From: the human T2T-CHM13v2.0 reference genome, Homo sapiens
Strand: one strand, 5' to 3'
NCBI RefSeq assembly: GCF_009914755.1
Contig: NC_060939.1
Length of the DNA stretch: 64,000 bases
Shown here: one piece after another, positions 29,801 through 43,303 of the stretch
Position numbering within the stretch: the first letter of the stretch is position 1
How the letters are laid out: each line of letters begins with the position of its first letter
The notes under the pieces: model-generated
What the model was told of the DNA's origin: nothing
Seen by the model: the letters and a program-made list of their open reading frames with translations, nothing else
The model's database searches: none
Position numbers and translations under genes: made by a program

Positions 29801-31656
29801 GATTCAAATGTGGCTTTAACCCATCCCTTCTTCCTCCATGCCACTTTTTGGGTTTAAGACCTTATTATTACTTATTCTCCTGACTGGTCTATTTGCCACC
29901 TGTCCCTCCCCACCACTAGTCTGTCTCATAAAACCATTATCTAATGGATCATTACTTCATTTGTGAACTTCCTAAAACAAAAGTGCAATGGAAATTAGAA
30001 ATGCGATCCTTAGAGACCTGGCCTCTGAACTAGGATTGGGTTAGGCGCCTTGCTTGGGACATCCTTATTCTATTCCTGTTTCTGTGGTTTCCTTCTTCTC
30101 TGCTCATTCATTTTGATGAAATTAATTAGGCTGTTCTGCTTTTCCCAAAACACTGATTTTCTTTTTGCCCCAGCCCAAGCCAGGCCCCATATACTATGGC
30201 ACCTGGATTTTTCACACAACTTGAATTTTCAGAAACACCTTCCATGTGTTCCGTTTTCAATCCACTGTTGTGAAAACTCTGTGGGATTCAACAACAGTGG
30301 GATTGAAGAAGCTGAAAGTTGATAAGAGGAAAACCGTTTGAAGGATAAATGAAGTAGTCCATCCATGAAAGCTAGCCTCGCCCTCTTTTAACTGCCCTAT
30401 GGTCATTTTGGTCTCCCTGAGTGGGGGTGTCATCCCAGTTGTGGGTTTGCACAGGGGCCTGTGAATTTCAGGCTTTTGCTCTTGTGGAACTGCCTTGTAG
30501 GTTATGGGGAGCAATGCTTTCACATGTACTGCTTTTCTACTGTATTTTACTTTATATTTATTCTTTCATTTATCTTCCTTTTTACTGCTGGCTCTGTTGT
30601 TCAGTATTAGCTAATATATTGCAAAGTGAGCTTTCATTGACCAGGCAGAGGCCAGGGTAGGGCCACTGAGAGATTCTGGAGAACAACAGATGGGGAGGAA
30701 GCAGAGGTGTGCAGCGAGATTCCTGGGATTGGGATCCCAGCTCTGCTGACATGTCTGTACAGTCTTGGAAGTGTGATCTAGCCTCTTTGGCCTGTTCCTC
30801 CAATCCTGAGAGAGGTGGTGGAAACAGATCACTGCTTAGCAGGCCTTAGGGATAAGTTACTAGGGCCACACAGAATCTTCTATTTTTTTAAAAAAGCAAA
30901 CACAACTCTCCTCCCTATAATTATACTACACTGCCCTCAATGCCAGTGAAGTTTTCCTTTGCCCTGTAGGTAGATTTTTGTGTGACCTTCTCAGAAGCAG
31001 GAAACAGATTGAAAAGCCACTAAGATGTGGGTCAAAAAGTATTTTTCATTCTCATATGTGTCCCTTTGTTGCAAAGACTGTGACATTCCTCCATGGCAGA
31101 AAGGAATGAATTTGGAAGAAAAATCCCAACATAACTATTTTCCACCCTAAGGAAACAGCCTCTCTTTGCAATGTGTGAATGCATTTTCCACTGCATCCCC
31201 AGGGGTATGAGTGTTTCAAGAAGTTTGCACTGTGCTGCTACATTCACTAAGCCCCCAAGCCCCACTCCTTCCCAGACCATCCTCCAGAGTCCCTGCAAGT
31301 TTCCAGAAACAAACAAATCAAGAGACTGACAAGAGCTCTGCCTGGTATGAATAATAGAAAAATGAGCCACTCTGTGCAAGGAAGTTGGTGGAAGGTGGGA
31401 GGCAAGCAGGGGAGAGAAAGAGATTTTCAGCAGCAGAGGGGACCTCAGAGACCCATCTACAAGACGGACACTTCGCTCAGCGTTATTTCTGCATTTATGC
31501 CTCTTTAATGGTCAGCGGGGCAATCAATAGATTGCCTGCTACCTGGTTAATCATGGGTCTGTTATGGGGTGGCAATGGGCATGCTGGCTGTGGGATCCAT
31601 GTGCTGAGAAAAAGACCATTGAATGTTGACTGTTACTTTTCTTTCTCTTTCCCCAG

Positions 31657-31694
31657 GGCAGCCACTGAAGTTTTGGCAGCATTGCTGAAATCCA
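31657..31694 (+). CDS. AGBL1: AGBL1/CCP4 internal coding exon, 38 nt, phase 2 to 1: (R)AATEVLAALLKS(K)
   Basis: Polypyrimidine tract ttttctttctctttccccAG (AG 31655-56) and donor A|GTAAGC at 31695. The peptide matches the recalled CCP4 N-terminal region and joins in frame to 54424. Confidence 0.93.
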
Positions 31695-34146
31695 GTAAGC
31701 ACCTCTTTTGAAGGGTGGCTATTTCTCTCCACTCTGGGTTTAATGAAAGATACTTTCTGGTCCCCATGGCTGTTTCTTTTTTTTTTTTTTTTCATGAACT
31801 ACTATTTCTCAATCACCTATGGCTAATTCCTGACCTTGAAAGTGATAAAGTCATGTCGTGGGTCTTTGGGGGTAAGATAGAGAATATTATGGCTGTTCCA
31901 GGTACATGACCACAAAGAGAAAATAAATATTATCCATACACAATGCCACCAAGACAATGGACCCTAAAGGGGGTATATTGACTACTGTGGAGCTGATGGA
32001 CCCTCCACCCCTGTCTAACAGAGCCAGCAGTCCCTAAAGATTGTTGAAATAAATTCCAGGTTCCAGTGGGATTGCCTCCAGGTCCCAGTGGAAGAAAAGA
32101 TTTTGGCTGGCTGGAGAGAAGTATTCCTGTATTTGGTTCTCAACTCAGCTCAGCTCATGAGTCTATATTCTTGGGCAGGTGGAGTGCTGGGAATTGCTTG
32201 GACAATGATGATGCTGATAACAAATTTATATTTAAAAGTTGACTCTTTTCTCAGTTACTTGAGTGATTGCAAAAGAATAGCTCTGGGGTTCTGAATAATT
32301 TGAGGAATTTTTTGCCTGGTAGCCCTGGCCTAATTACGTTGGGAGTCAATTTCATGTGTGCAATATAATAGCAGGCACAATGCACTTGGGAGGGAAGAAG
32401 TCTTAGCTTAATGTTTTTACTCATTTTTTCCTCCTTACCTCTTCATCTATTTTAATTTGGCACCTTGGAAGCCAGCTGCTTCAATTGTGATATTTGTTTC
32501 TCTATAGGGAGCCTGAGGCCTGTGGGTAATAGGTGAACTTTAATAAAACTTTTAAATAAATAAATAAAAATAAAAACACTCTCTCCCCCCATCCATACAT
32601 CTCTGTCAACTATAAGCAGAGAGAAAGAGCCAAATCACATGCTGTTTCCCTTTATAGGCTTAGAAAAATTGAAGCTTGAATTCATTTGGTTTATTTGAAT
32701 TTGATATGAGATGCAAGTCCACATCTGTGGACTTGACATGAGATAAGCTTGATAAGCTGTGATATGAGATAACTTGAGATAACTTGATAAGCTGTGATAT
32801 GAGATCCACAGCTTAAAGACCTGCAGGTAGAGTGGAGGTGGTAAGAGCAGGATAGGGGAGTGAAGAGGAAGGGCTTATGAAGCCCTGGAGATAGGAAGGG
32901 ATGGAAAAGTGTTACTGTGGGTTCTGGGGAGAGGACCATTCATTCTTCAGACTGAACTTGCTTCAGGTTTGGCATCTCGGTTCTCATTATTTATCTGCTC
33001 CCTCGGTTGCTCCCAAATGCCTGGTGTTTGAAGCACCAAGGTGAGGGGGTGTTGAATTGCAGGAGGAAAAGATGCTGAGAGCAGCCTGGTAGGCCAGCCT
33101 GTGAATGTCATGCCTTGGGAAAGAAGCTATCTCTCAAATCCCCCCAGCCCAGCCTTGGCATGGAGGACTTGATGTTTCATGGGAAGGGAGCCCAGAGAGC
33201 TGAGTAAGGCTGGCTTACTTTCTACATACACACTTTCCTTAGCTCTTGAGCTTACGGTTGAGCATCCTGATATAAATTGTACCTACCTAGATGTGTAAAA
33301 CTCTGAAAGTAGTCTTATGTCAGTTGTTTACTCTATTGATCAGGAACACAATGCCTCAGCCCAGGAAAAACCAATAGCCAGTGCAAACACGGCTTGATTC
33401 AGGCTCAGACCGTGTAGCTAGGTTTTCAACACACCAGCCATGCCTAGTAGGCTGAGTGTGCAGTGATGGGCCTCAGCTTTTAGAATTTCTAACTTCTTCT
33501 TTCCCTTTAGAGCTTAGCTCAGATATTGCCTCCTCTGAAAATCCTTTCTCTGACTACCACAACTTGGATGCCCCTCACCAATGCTTTTATAGGCTCTCCC
33601 AACTCAGACTTGATTACATTGTGATGAAATTGCTATTGTCTGTCTCTTCCAGCAGACTGCAAGCTTTTGAGGGAGAGAGTCATCTGTATTGGTTGTTGTA
33701 TTACTTGCCTCAGCACAATGAAAATCCTGAAATAAGTATTTGTTGACTAAATTTTTTTTGTTGTTGTTTTCTTTTTAAAATAATTTTGAGTACTGGGATA
33801 CCAAATTTTTAAATGAATACATGATTTGTGATTTTTCCCATGTGTAAAAATGGCAGTACTGCCCCCTTCTACCAGAATCTAACATCCATGCATAGAACCA
33901 ATGATCTAAACATTTGTGATTCTCATCTCTATTTACCTGTTCTAACAGATTGGTGGAGAACTGCAATAGCTTGCTGTCCTCCACATATAAAACGGGTTTT
34001 AGTGTCCCACTAGGAGGATGTATAGCCTATTTGCTAATTCTGCTGAGCTGTCTATACATCTTTGGTGTTAATTATAACACAAGGTAGTTGGATGAGAGGT
34101 TCTCTAACATTCTTTCTAACACTAAATACTCAGCCTTAATGTGTAT

Positions 34147-34363
34147 CAGGGTTTCTCAATGTACCATTGGCATTTTGGACAGGATAATTCTTTGCTGTTA
34201 GAGTCTGTTCTGTGCATTGCAGGATATACAGCAACATCCCTGGCCTCTACCCACCAGACGCCAGTATCATGCCTCAGTTGTAACCAAAAAATTATCTTCA
34301 GACTCTGCCAAATATCCCCCATGGGGGGTGGACAGTAAAATTCCCACTTGTTGAGAATCACTG
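34147..34363. mobile_element. MER20 (hAT-Charlie)
   Basis: cagggtttctcaa...gcaacatccctggcctctacccaccag...ttgagaatcactg. Confidence 0.85.
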
Positions 34364-35936
34364 ATGTGTATGTATTTGGGTACACACATGAGCTGAAGCT
34401 CATTCAAAGTTTCAAAAGACCCCTTCCAAAATACCTTTATTGATATTTCCAAGAAATGCACTTCTTGCATAATTGATGTGAAATTCCTCAGTATCAGCCT
34501 CATTCATATGGGTTCATAAGAGGTAAGAACACTGAAGGCAGAATGTCATTGTGAGCATTTACAAAGTACTTTGGAGGGAAACAGATTCTACAGGATCTTG
34601 AGGGTCTGAGAATGAGGAGGGCAAATAGATTTAATAATGAGTAGAAAGTCCAATGTGTGGGTAGGAGAATTCTGAGATCATGTTTAAGCTCAGCAAGAAA
34701 GAGGACTTCATTTAAATCGCAAAGTCTGTCATGGATTTGGGGAGAAGTAATAACAGCATGCTAGGCAGCTGCCGTCTTTGTTTTACCAGCCTATCAAAAG
34801 TATTGATGGCATGAAGGGTCTGGTTATAGATGGTACCAACATTCTGATGAGTCAGGGGTTGCTGCAGGGCATAGAAGTGTTGTGGAATTTTCTATTTGCT
34901 TTACATTGCCTATATGTCATGTATAGTTAAGACCTGATGTGGAATATCTTTCGACTTGGACCCCAGAGTGAGTTTGCCTCAGCCGAACTTAAATTCAGGA
35001 AGTCAGTTTCTGTCTAAAATTCAAGACTTCACCATCTGGCACTGATATCTGGGAACGTTTATGTAAACCTTTAGCTCCTAAAGGCACACTCCTTTTAGCT
35101 GGTGATTATTCTGAGCTTGATCTTTGCTTGTCAGTGAGTGTAAAAGTTGGCCATTGTAATCGTTCTCTGTAATTGCATCCCAAAAAGGAAATAATTCTCT
35201 GATCTAAGTAAAGCCAGGAGTAAAGACCCACTACTCTGCAGGGAGAGGGGGCAGTCAGTGGTCCTGTGACAGTAAACACTAGGGTGGGTTGGAAATCTGA
35301 GGCCACTGAGGCCCTATCAAGTAGTGACAGGCGGAGGTCATCCCCAGGAAAAGCAGAAGTGAGGGATCAGGGAGACTTGGAGTCTACCCACAGTAACCAC
35401 AGAAAGCAAGGGAAAGATCACCTGCATTGCATTTGGAAGATCTCATTATTCAGCTTTCTCTTTTATCAAGTAGTGACTGCATGAAAAGCCAGTGTAGAAT
35501 ATGTGGGTGTTGGGAAAAGAAAAATGAACAAACACATTTCCCGTCTCTGTCTCTTTCTGGGCAATAGCAGGCAAAATAAACCTGGAAATCCTAGTTCTCT
35601 TCTCCAGTTATCTCAGCAATTTGGGATCCTACAAATTAAAAATCATTGCTCACTCAAGGTTCCTTTCTGTGTCTATGTAGGCTGGAATGGTCTAATCCAA
35701 ATCCCGTGCCTTTCCTTGTATCAGTTCCCCTCTTCTCCACTCTCACATGCACAAATCCCACCCTAAATTGTCCTGTATTGAAAGTTTTGCCTTTTTATGC
35801 TTTATCCTATCCAAACACATTTAGCTTTTTATTCCTGAAATGTAGTAAAGCTTTAGTCAGGAAATAGTGCTACTTATTATTGCAGGAAATTTTTTAATAT
35901 AATAAATCAAAACAACATGTCCTTTGTTTTTCCCTC

Positions 35937-36281
35937 TGTATTAGTCTGTTCTCATGCTGCTATGAAGAAATACCTGAGGCTGGGTAATTTACAAAGGAAA
36001 GAGGTTTAATTGACTCAGTTTTGCAGGGCTGAGGAGGCCTCAGGAAACTTACAATCATGGCAGAAGGGGAAGCAAACATGTCCTTCTTCACATGGCAATA
36101 GCAAGGAGAAGTGCCAAGCAAAAGGGCAAAAAAACCCTTATGAAACCATCACATCTCATGAGAACTCACTCACTATCAGGAGAACAGCATGAGGGTAACT
36201 GCCCCCGTGATTCAATTACCTCCCACCAGGTCCCTTTGATTCAAGATGAGATTTGGGCGGGGACACAGCCAAACCATATCA
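35937..36281 (-). mobile_element. THE1 (C/D-like) solo LTR
   Basis: tgtattagtctgttctcatgctgct...ggacacagccaaaccatatca, TSD CCCTC/CCCTT. Confidence 0.9.
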
Positions 36282-38329
36282 CCCTTTCTTATCATCTGCC
36301 TTCACTCTGCCTTTATCTCATCTCATCTTCTTCTACCTTCATCTCTGTCTTTTCCTCTTTTTCCCTCATCCTTTTTGTCATTTCTCATTTCCCTGTCCAC
36401 CTTTCCCTCTTTCTTTTTGCTTCCTCAATTACCTTCCATGAGCATTAGGCATAAATGCATTTTTGAAAAATTGTGACCCTGGAAGCGGCACTTGAGTAAG
36501 TGTGCGGCAATGGGATTATGCCTGATTTGTACTGGCTCCAGAAATGAATCTTCAAATAATGTCTTAGTATTAACCTTGCTGTCCAGATTTAAAGGTCATA
36601 TTCTTGCAACAAGAAAACGCCTTCTGGTTCAGGCCCTAAAACTTAATAAGGGAATGATAAGTCTCTGTCAGACCACTCTCCAATTTAAGAATTAGCATTT
36701 AAAGGAGTCTGGAAGTTTGCAGAAGTTGGGGCATGGGAACAGAAAAGCAAGTTAGCAAAGGAAGAGCGACAGAGAAGAAAAGGGGGAGGGAGAGATGTAA
36801 AAGAGCTAATGGGAAGTTTGGCAGGAAGTTGAGACTTCTCACAGATCTTCCTCGTTAATGCTCTGTCTGGCTGGTTCACAGGGACAGCCCGTCAGCCTGT
36901 TGCTCCAGGAGGCTAGGAAGGGAGGGCATTCTAAGTGCTGAGAGCCGGATCAGGAACAGACAGCCTCATAGTCTCAGGAGTCGTCTGCTGTGACCTGGCA
37001 ATCAGCAATGCAGAGACGGGAGAATGTGATTGATGGCCAAATGGCTGCTCTACTACAAAATGTCAAAGAAGGGGCCATCTTTGATATGCACCCAAATCAG
37101 GTCTTTATAAGAATTCTAAGAGTTCCAAGGAGTCCTCAGAATGGCAATATATGTTTAGGATGGTTGGCATTGTTAATCCTTTGATCTCATGACCATGCAC
37201 AAGTACCAGTGGATCAATGCAGCTGTCACTGAACTTGCATGTAAATTCTGTGTTTCCACACTGCCTGTGGTCTGCCCTCCTGGCTCCGGGCTCTGCCCTG
37301 CCTTGATGAGAATGATGCCCCCAAAGTTTTGCCCACAGAGTGTATTTCTTCCTTTAGTTTCCAGATGAGGGCCATGGAGTCAGACTACGAGAACTGGAAA
37401 ACACCTTCAAGGCTGTCTCATCCAGGGATATTCAAATATTTGTTTTTAAAAATTCGTTCTTATTATTCATTTTTAATTGAAAAGTTAAAATGTATATATT
37501 TGTGGTGCACCACATGATGCTTTGAAATATGTAGACATTGTGATGGTTGAATTGAGGTAATTGACACATGCAGTTTTTGAGTAGAGAGCTCAGAGTCACG
37601 TCTGCCCGGCTCCCATCAATTAGCCCCAAGGCGGCCTCTGAGACACAGTCACAAAAAACAGGGCTCCTGTGAACACAGAAAACTATTGATCTTACCTCCC
37701 CCATCCCCCTTATTTTCACAGGAGGAAACTGAGGACCAGAGAGAGGGCGTGATCCACCTAGATCTCTGAGACTTCGAATGTTTCATGTCCAGCCCTTCTT
37801 TGGGTCTTGGCACAAATAACACTGTTCATAGAACCTTATGTTTATATTTCAGAGAACTAACCATACTGTAATTGATGAATCATGTTTTTTTTGCATATTA
37901 TGTGTGTATGCATATTTTTCCTACTGGGTATAGCTCCAAAGGAACTGGGATTCTACTGGATCCCCCATACCTCATACTGGGCTACACCCAGAGTAGCTGA
38001 TAATACATTAATGTTGACTAAGAAAGAATTCCAGGTTCCTGACTTTAGCCTCACACATTTGCTTTCAGTATGCCTTGGTGAAGAGTCCAGCCTAATTCCC
38101 GTCCCCAGAAGGAATCAAATTGTGGCATGATTATAGAGCTGATGTCTCTTCTTCCACCATAACTTCTGGAGAAGCATGCAGTATATTTCTGTGATGAGCC
38201 AAAAATTTGCTTCAAATAATATTGATAGATTTTTGCATTTGTTACACTGGGATGGACGGCTGTGATTGAGTGTGCAGGAATGCAGCATAGCAAGCTATAT
38301 CCATCACGCTGTTGGTTTGAAATGACAAC

Positions 38330-38530
38330 CCAAATATCTACCATTTAGCAAGAGTTCTTAGTATGTCAGGCACTCTATACACAGTTAGCCTATCAAGGAG
38401 ATTTTATAATCCCCATTTTACAGATGTAGGAACTGAAGTTTGGAAAGCTGAAGTAACTCACATCGTTAGTGGGCTGCAGGGCTTACCTGCCAGTCTCCAG
38501 ACCCCTGGGACCTGAGCTCTGTGCTGAACC
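38330..38530 (-). mobile_element. MIR. Representative copy; similar fragments near 27000, 37700, 39750, 41400, 46850, 49100, 55200, 57900 and 61050
   Basis: atccccattttacagatgtaggaactgaag core motif. Confidence 0.75.
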
Positions 38531-41014
38531 GAGGAAATTAATGAGGCTAGGTTTATTTAGCCTAAAGAAGATATGACTGGAAGCTGAAAAAAAGCTAAAT
38601 AAATACTGTCTAAGTATTAGAAGGATTATTGTGGGAGGGGGTATCTGTCATTGAGGTTAGAAAAGAACATGGTCCATGCCTTGTAGGCATCTGAGTGGGA
38701 CCCAGCAAGAGGTACCCAGCACACCACCATGGCTGTGTAAAGGGCCAGGGTCTCTGCTGCCCTGAGGCCGAGCCTCAGGCCGGCCGATGAATGGTGGGGT
38801 GAGAGAGAGGAAGGAAGCAGGAAGAATTACAGACTCCTCATGCCATGCTGTGTTCAACTTGGCACATGGCTTTTTTTCCTGGGCTCCAAATTCAGTCCTC
38901 TCTGCCAAAATGTTATGTCTTTTGCATAAGTCCATAGAAGAGCTTAAAAGGTTTAAGCTAAAGGGATACTACCTGTCCTCGTCGCCCCCATCCCTGTCCC
39001 CTTGGGACGGTCAGACCCAGTAGGTTGGGCGGGCCTTGGGCTGAGCCGCAGACAGTAAAGCATATCGTTCCTCTTCCGGCCATGTGGTGGTGCTGTTCTT
39101 TTAGTTATCTTGGCCGCGCTAGTCCAATATTTATTTTCAGTGAGTAATTTGTTTATCAGGAGGTTATTTTAATGTAATTTTGGCCATATTTGCTATTCCA
39201 TACTATCTGTGCTTCCCAGCGTTAGCAGCTTGCGTGTCTTGAAGGAAATTAGCTGAAGATGGTCTCAGAGGCATTTGCTAAGCCATTATTTAAGGGAGTT
39301 GGGAGGAGGCAGGGTGAGCAGAGCCAGGGGTGGGAACAGCCGATGGAATTTGTTGCATTTTCAGTGATGTTAGCATGATGGATCGGGACTTACGGAGGGC
39401 AGGAGCACCCGGAGCTGCTTTTTCAGAGCTGCCTCTGGTGAATCCTAGAACATCTTGTAGTTACGTCTCCCCATTTCCCCTCTCGCTCTTTGATAACCTG
39501 TTATCTTCCTTGCCTGGTCAGGAAAACACCATGTAAGGACAATGCCCTCCTGCCTCCCCGCCCTGCATGTAGCCCTCATGCCGTGTCATAGTATATTTTG
39601 TGAACCTTTTACTGCCAGCCCTCAGCGAAGTGGGAAGGAGGGTAGGGAGTAGGGAGAGAATGAGTGTTTATTAGAGTACCTGCACTGAATAATGACTATC
39701 AATAATTACGGAGCACAGCACTTGCTAGGCACTTTACACATGGCATCTCATTCTCACTAGAGCCTGTAATATTATGATCCCCATTTTACATGCAAGGAAG
39801 GTGTAATCAGGAGAGGTTAGTGACTTGCCCAAGATCCCACACATGGTAAACGAAGAGCTAAAATTTGAACTCAGTTGTGACCATTTCCAAAGGAGAAAAG
39901 CTTCATATTTCAAAGATTATTCCCACCTTCCACATGGAGTCAGGAAACTGGACTCTGGGTTCAATGCAGCCATTGATTGGCTCTGTGACTTTAAACTAGT
40001 TCTTTGCTAGTTTAAATCTTACCAATTATCAAACTGAAATCAAACACTTGACTTCAGTTTGGTTTTTCAAACATGGGAGGGCTAGCCCAGGCGAGGAGAT
40101 TAGAAATTCTTTAGTAGCAAAACCTTTTTTTTTTTTTTCTTGAACATAAAATCTTTTGAGGGAAATTGCATGCATAAAGCAAACAATGGGGAGTAAGGGG
40201 AGACCCCAATTAATGACAGCATGACTTGTCCTTTGCCCCTCCCTTTCCTTGCCTCTTGATAGGCATTGAGAAACACCCAAAGAAGTTCCTGAGGGGCCAG
40301 AAGAAATCAAGTTTGAAAACCTCTGAAGTAAATATACTCAAGGGACTCTTTCAGAGCCCAGTCTGTTGTTTGAGATTACAACTTAAAAAATGGGCTGACA
40401 CTTTCCTTGGGAGGTTTGAAAATGTGTTAAATCTTACTATGCAGTGGCAAGAAGGAAGAACTAGTGAAGTTTGACCTGGAGGAAGATCCAAAATATTGTT
40501 CTCATCCTCCAGCCCTAGTCAAGTAAATTCTGAGTCTCTTGGGACTAACAGACCTAATGAAACAATTGAACTGAACCTGACCCAGTGAGGAGGGTCAGCT
40601 TCCAGTTGGGATTTTACTGGCAGGCAGGATGGGCAGTATAATTCCACCTTCCCAAGGTGGCCAGGGTGTTCCCAGGCACCCATTCTGGGTCCAACACAGC
40701 TGTGGATGGTGGTGTTGAGTTTTTCTTGTTTGAGACAAAACTCTTGGTCACATAAGATATTGTTGGGTTGTGATTGCCACTAATCCTAGTTCTTACACTC
40801 ATGCAGGATGCTGTCTTTTATCAGGAGATCCTGTCAAGACTTAGTTCTATCTCAAGGGCTATTCCTCTGTCCTGTGTATCTGCTTGTAGGTTTCAGCCAT
40901 GTTGTTTCTTTGACCATAGTATAAAAGTGCTCAAGGTGGCTTGGTGGCATGTGTGCAGAATGGTGTATGTTCCCTGTAAGCTCAGAACTCTTACTCCGAA
41001 AGAGTAAGTCACAA

Positions 41015-41348
<334 letters not shown>

Positions 41349-41719
41349 TCAGTGGTCACTGTGCAGGCTCTGGAAAGACTGTGTAGAGTTGAACTGTGGC
41401 CACTGTGGCATGTTTCTTAATGACTCTGTGCTACACTTCCCTCATCTGTAAAGCAGGGAAAACAGTACACTCCAAAGATAATTGGTAAGATTTAAACAAG
41501 GTGATGTTTAAAAGAGTGGGAGTACAGTACTGGATCTTAGTACATCTCAATAAAGATGAACCCTTGTTTTATTGTCATCACCATTTCAAAAGTCCTGGAG
41601 GTTTCAGGAAGTGATGATATAAGGGCATAAAGCCTGATGAAATGTAAATTTGTCTCCCAAGATCTTCCCCGAGGGTTGAATGATATCTGGTTGTTTTTAG
41701 AGTCTGTCTTTTTTTCAAG

Positions 41720-41895
41720 AAGCTTTTTCTGTAAAAGCGCCAGATGATAGTAAATATTTTACGGTTTGTGGATCAGACAGTTCTGTCACAGCTACTTAAC
41801 TCTTCCCTTATAGGACAAAAACAGCAACAGACAACATATAAAGAAGTGAAAAACTTCATGAAAACGGGCTGTGGGCAATTTGCTGACCCCCTACT
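41720..41895. mobile_element. MER58A-like
   Basis: ctttttctgtaaaagcgccagatgatagtaaatatttt...tttgctgacccc. Confidence 0.75.
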
Positions 41896-42488
41896 TTAGA
41901 CTATGTGAGCCTCGGATCTGGGGACTCTGTTTTATTCTTATTTCTTAAGCTATTCTTCTTATTCTTATTTCTTATTCATTCTTCCTTATTTCTTAAGCTA
42001 TTGACTCTAATGTGTTTTATAGAGTGGACACTCAGAGTAAGTTATCTAAATGAACAAAGGAATCAGTGAATAAGTGAATGCGTGCAGATTGAACCCTGCT
42101 CAATCAATCCGCATGCACTTATTTTGTTTTACTCTAGGGAATCAAAGGTTAATATCCAAGGTTGATGAGTTCTAAATGTCTTAAATTTTAGAACTTGTAT
42201 CATCCCGGCATAATTGATGACTGGCTATGGATTGACAAAGATAAATTATCACAAAGATTTAAGGAGATAGAGAAAAATATAAACATTTCATGACTCAGAA
42301 AGTACATCATGGCTTCCTCATCACTTTCAGGATTGGCTGTACAATTATTTATTTACATCAAGATGTACCTAAGGTGTTTCCTAGCACCTTCTAATAACAG
42401 CAGTTTACAAAGCAGCTTTTCATATATACAATCTATTTAATCTTCACCATGGTCCTGTCAGACGGGTAAATATTTAATTATTCTATAA

Positions 42489-42705
42489 CAGTAGTTCTCA
42501 ACATGAGTGACTTTGCCCCAGAGGGAGCAATTAGCAAGGTCTGGAGACATTTGTGGTTGTCACATCTGTGGTGGGAGAGGGTGTGCTGCTGGCATCAACT
42601 GAGTAAAGGCCAGATTGCTGCTGAACATCCTACAAATGCACAGGATGGCCCCACACAATGAGTAATATCAGCCCAAGATGTCAGTAGTGTGAGGATGAGA
42701 AAAAT
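42489..42705. mobile_element. MER20 inserted in a MIR
   Basis: cagtagttctcaac...ctggagacatttgtggttgtcac...aacatcctacaaatgcacagga. Confidence 0.8.
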
Positions 42706-43303
42706 AGTGTTCTATACAGAGGACACTGAGGCCGAAAGAGATTGACTGACTTGCCCGAGATTGTGTAATAGGCACTTGGCATATTGGGACTAACCTCTAC
42801 TCCTTCCTTTCACTACTGCAGGTTTTAAACTTTTTTTTGAAAGAAATGAATGTTTATTTTTATTTTCAAATGAAATCCTTTGCAGAGCCACTGTATATAA
42901 ACAGATGACAGTGTAGCTGCTCTGGGGACAATGGAAGTTAGAGACGCTGCTCAGCCTTTTTCTTAGCCCCTTCCACCAGTCCCAGGGGCACACAGTATGG
43001 CAACCACTGCCCACAGACCGTGAGGCACACAGAGCACTAGACATCTCTTGGCACCCCAGACTTCCAGATGTCCCTGGAAACTACTACTTTTTTTTTTTTT
43101 TTCCAGTAGGGGATGAAGCATCCAAATTCTGCTTCAATAAAATGCATTGCACAGAAGAAGAGAGAATGGAAGCATTGGGGTCACATATGAGGCTATTGAT
43201 TGCTGGTGCAGCCCAGGTAATAGGAGAGGATGGACATATCGAGAGTGATAGGAGTTGAGTTAAAAGGAGAATGCACACGGCTCAAGGTTCTGTGATTGCA
43301 TAG

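Noticed and set aside
32701-32812. CRISPR-like repeat-spacer array
   Set aside because: Eukaryotic intron, only two exact repeats, no unique spacers of regular length and no cas genes.
39078-39097. CTCF-like motifs (GCCATGTGGTGGTGCTG here; CATGTAGGGGGCGGTG near 8648)
   Set aside because: Only partial consensus matches, which cannot be supported without PWM scoring or ChIP data.
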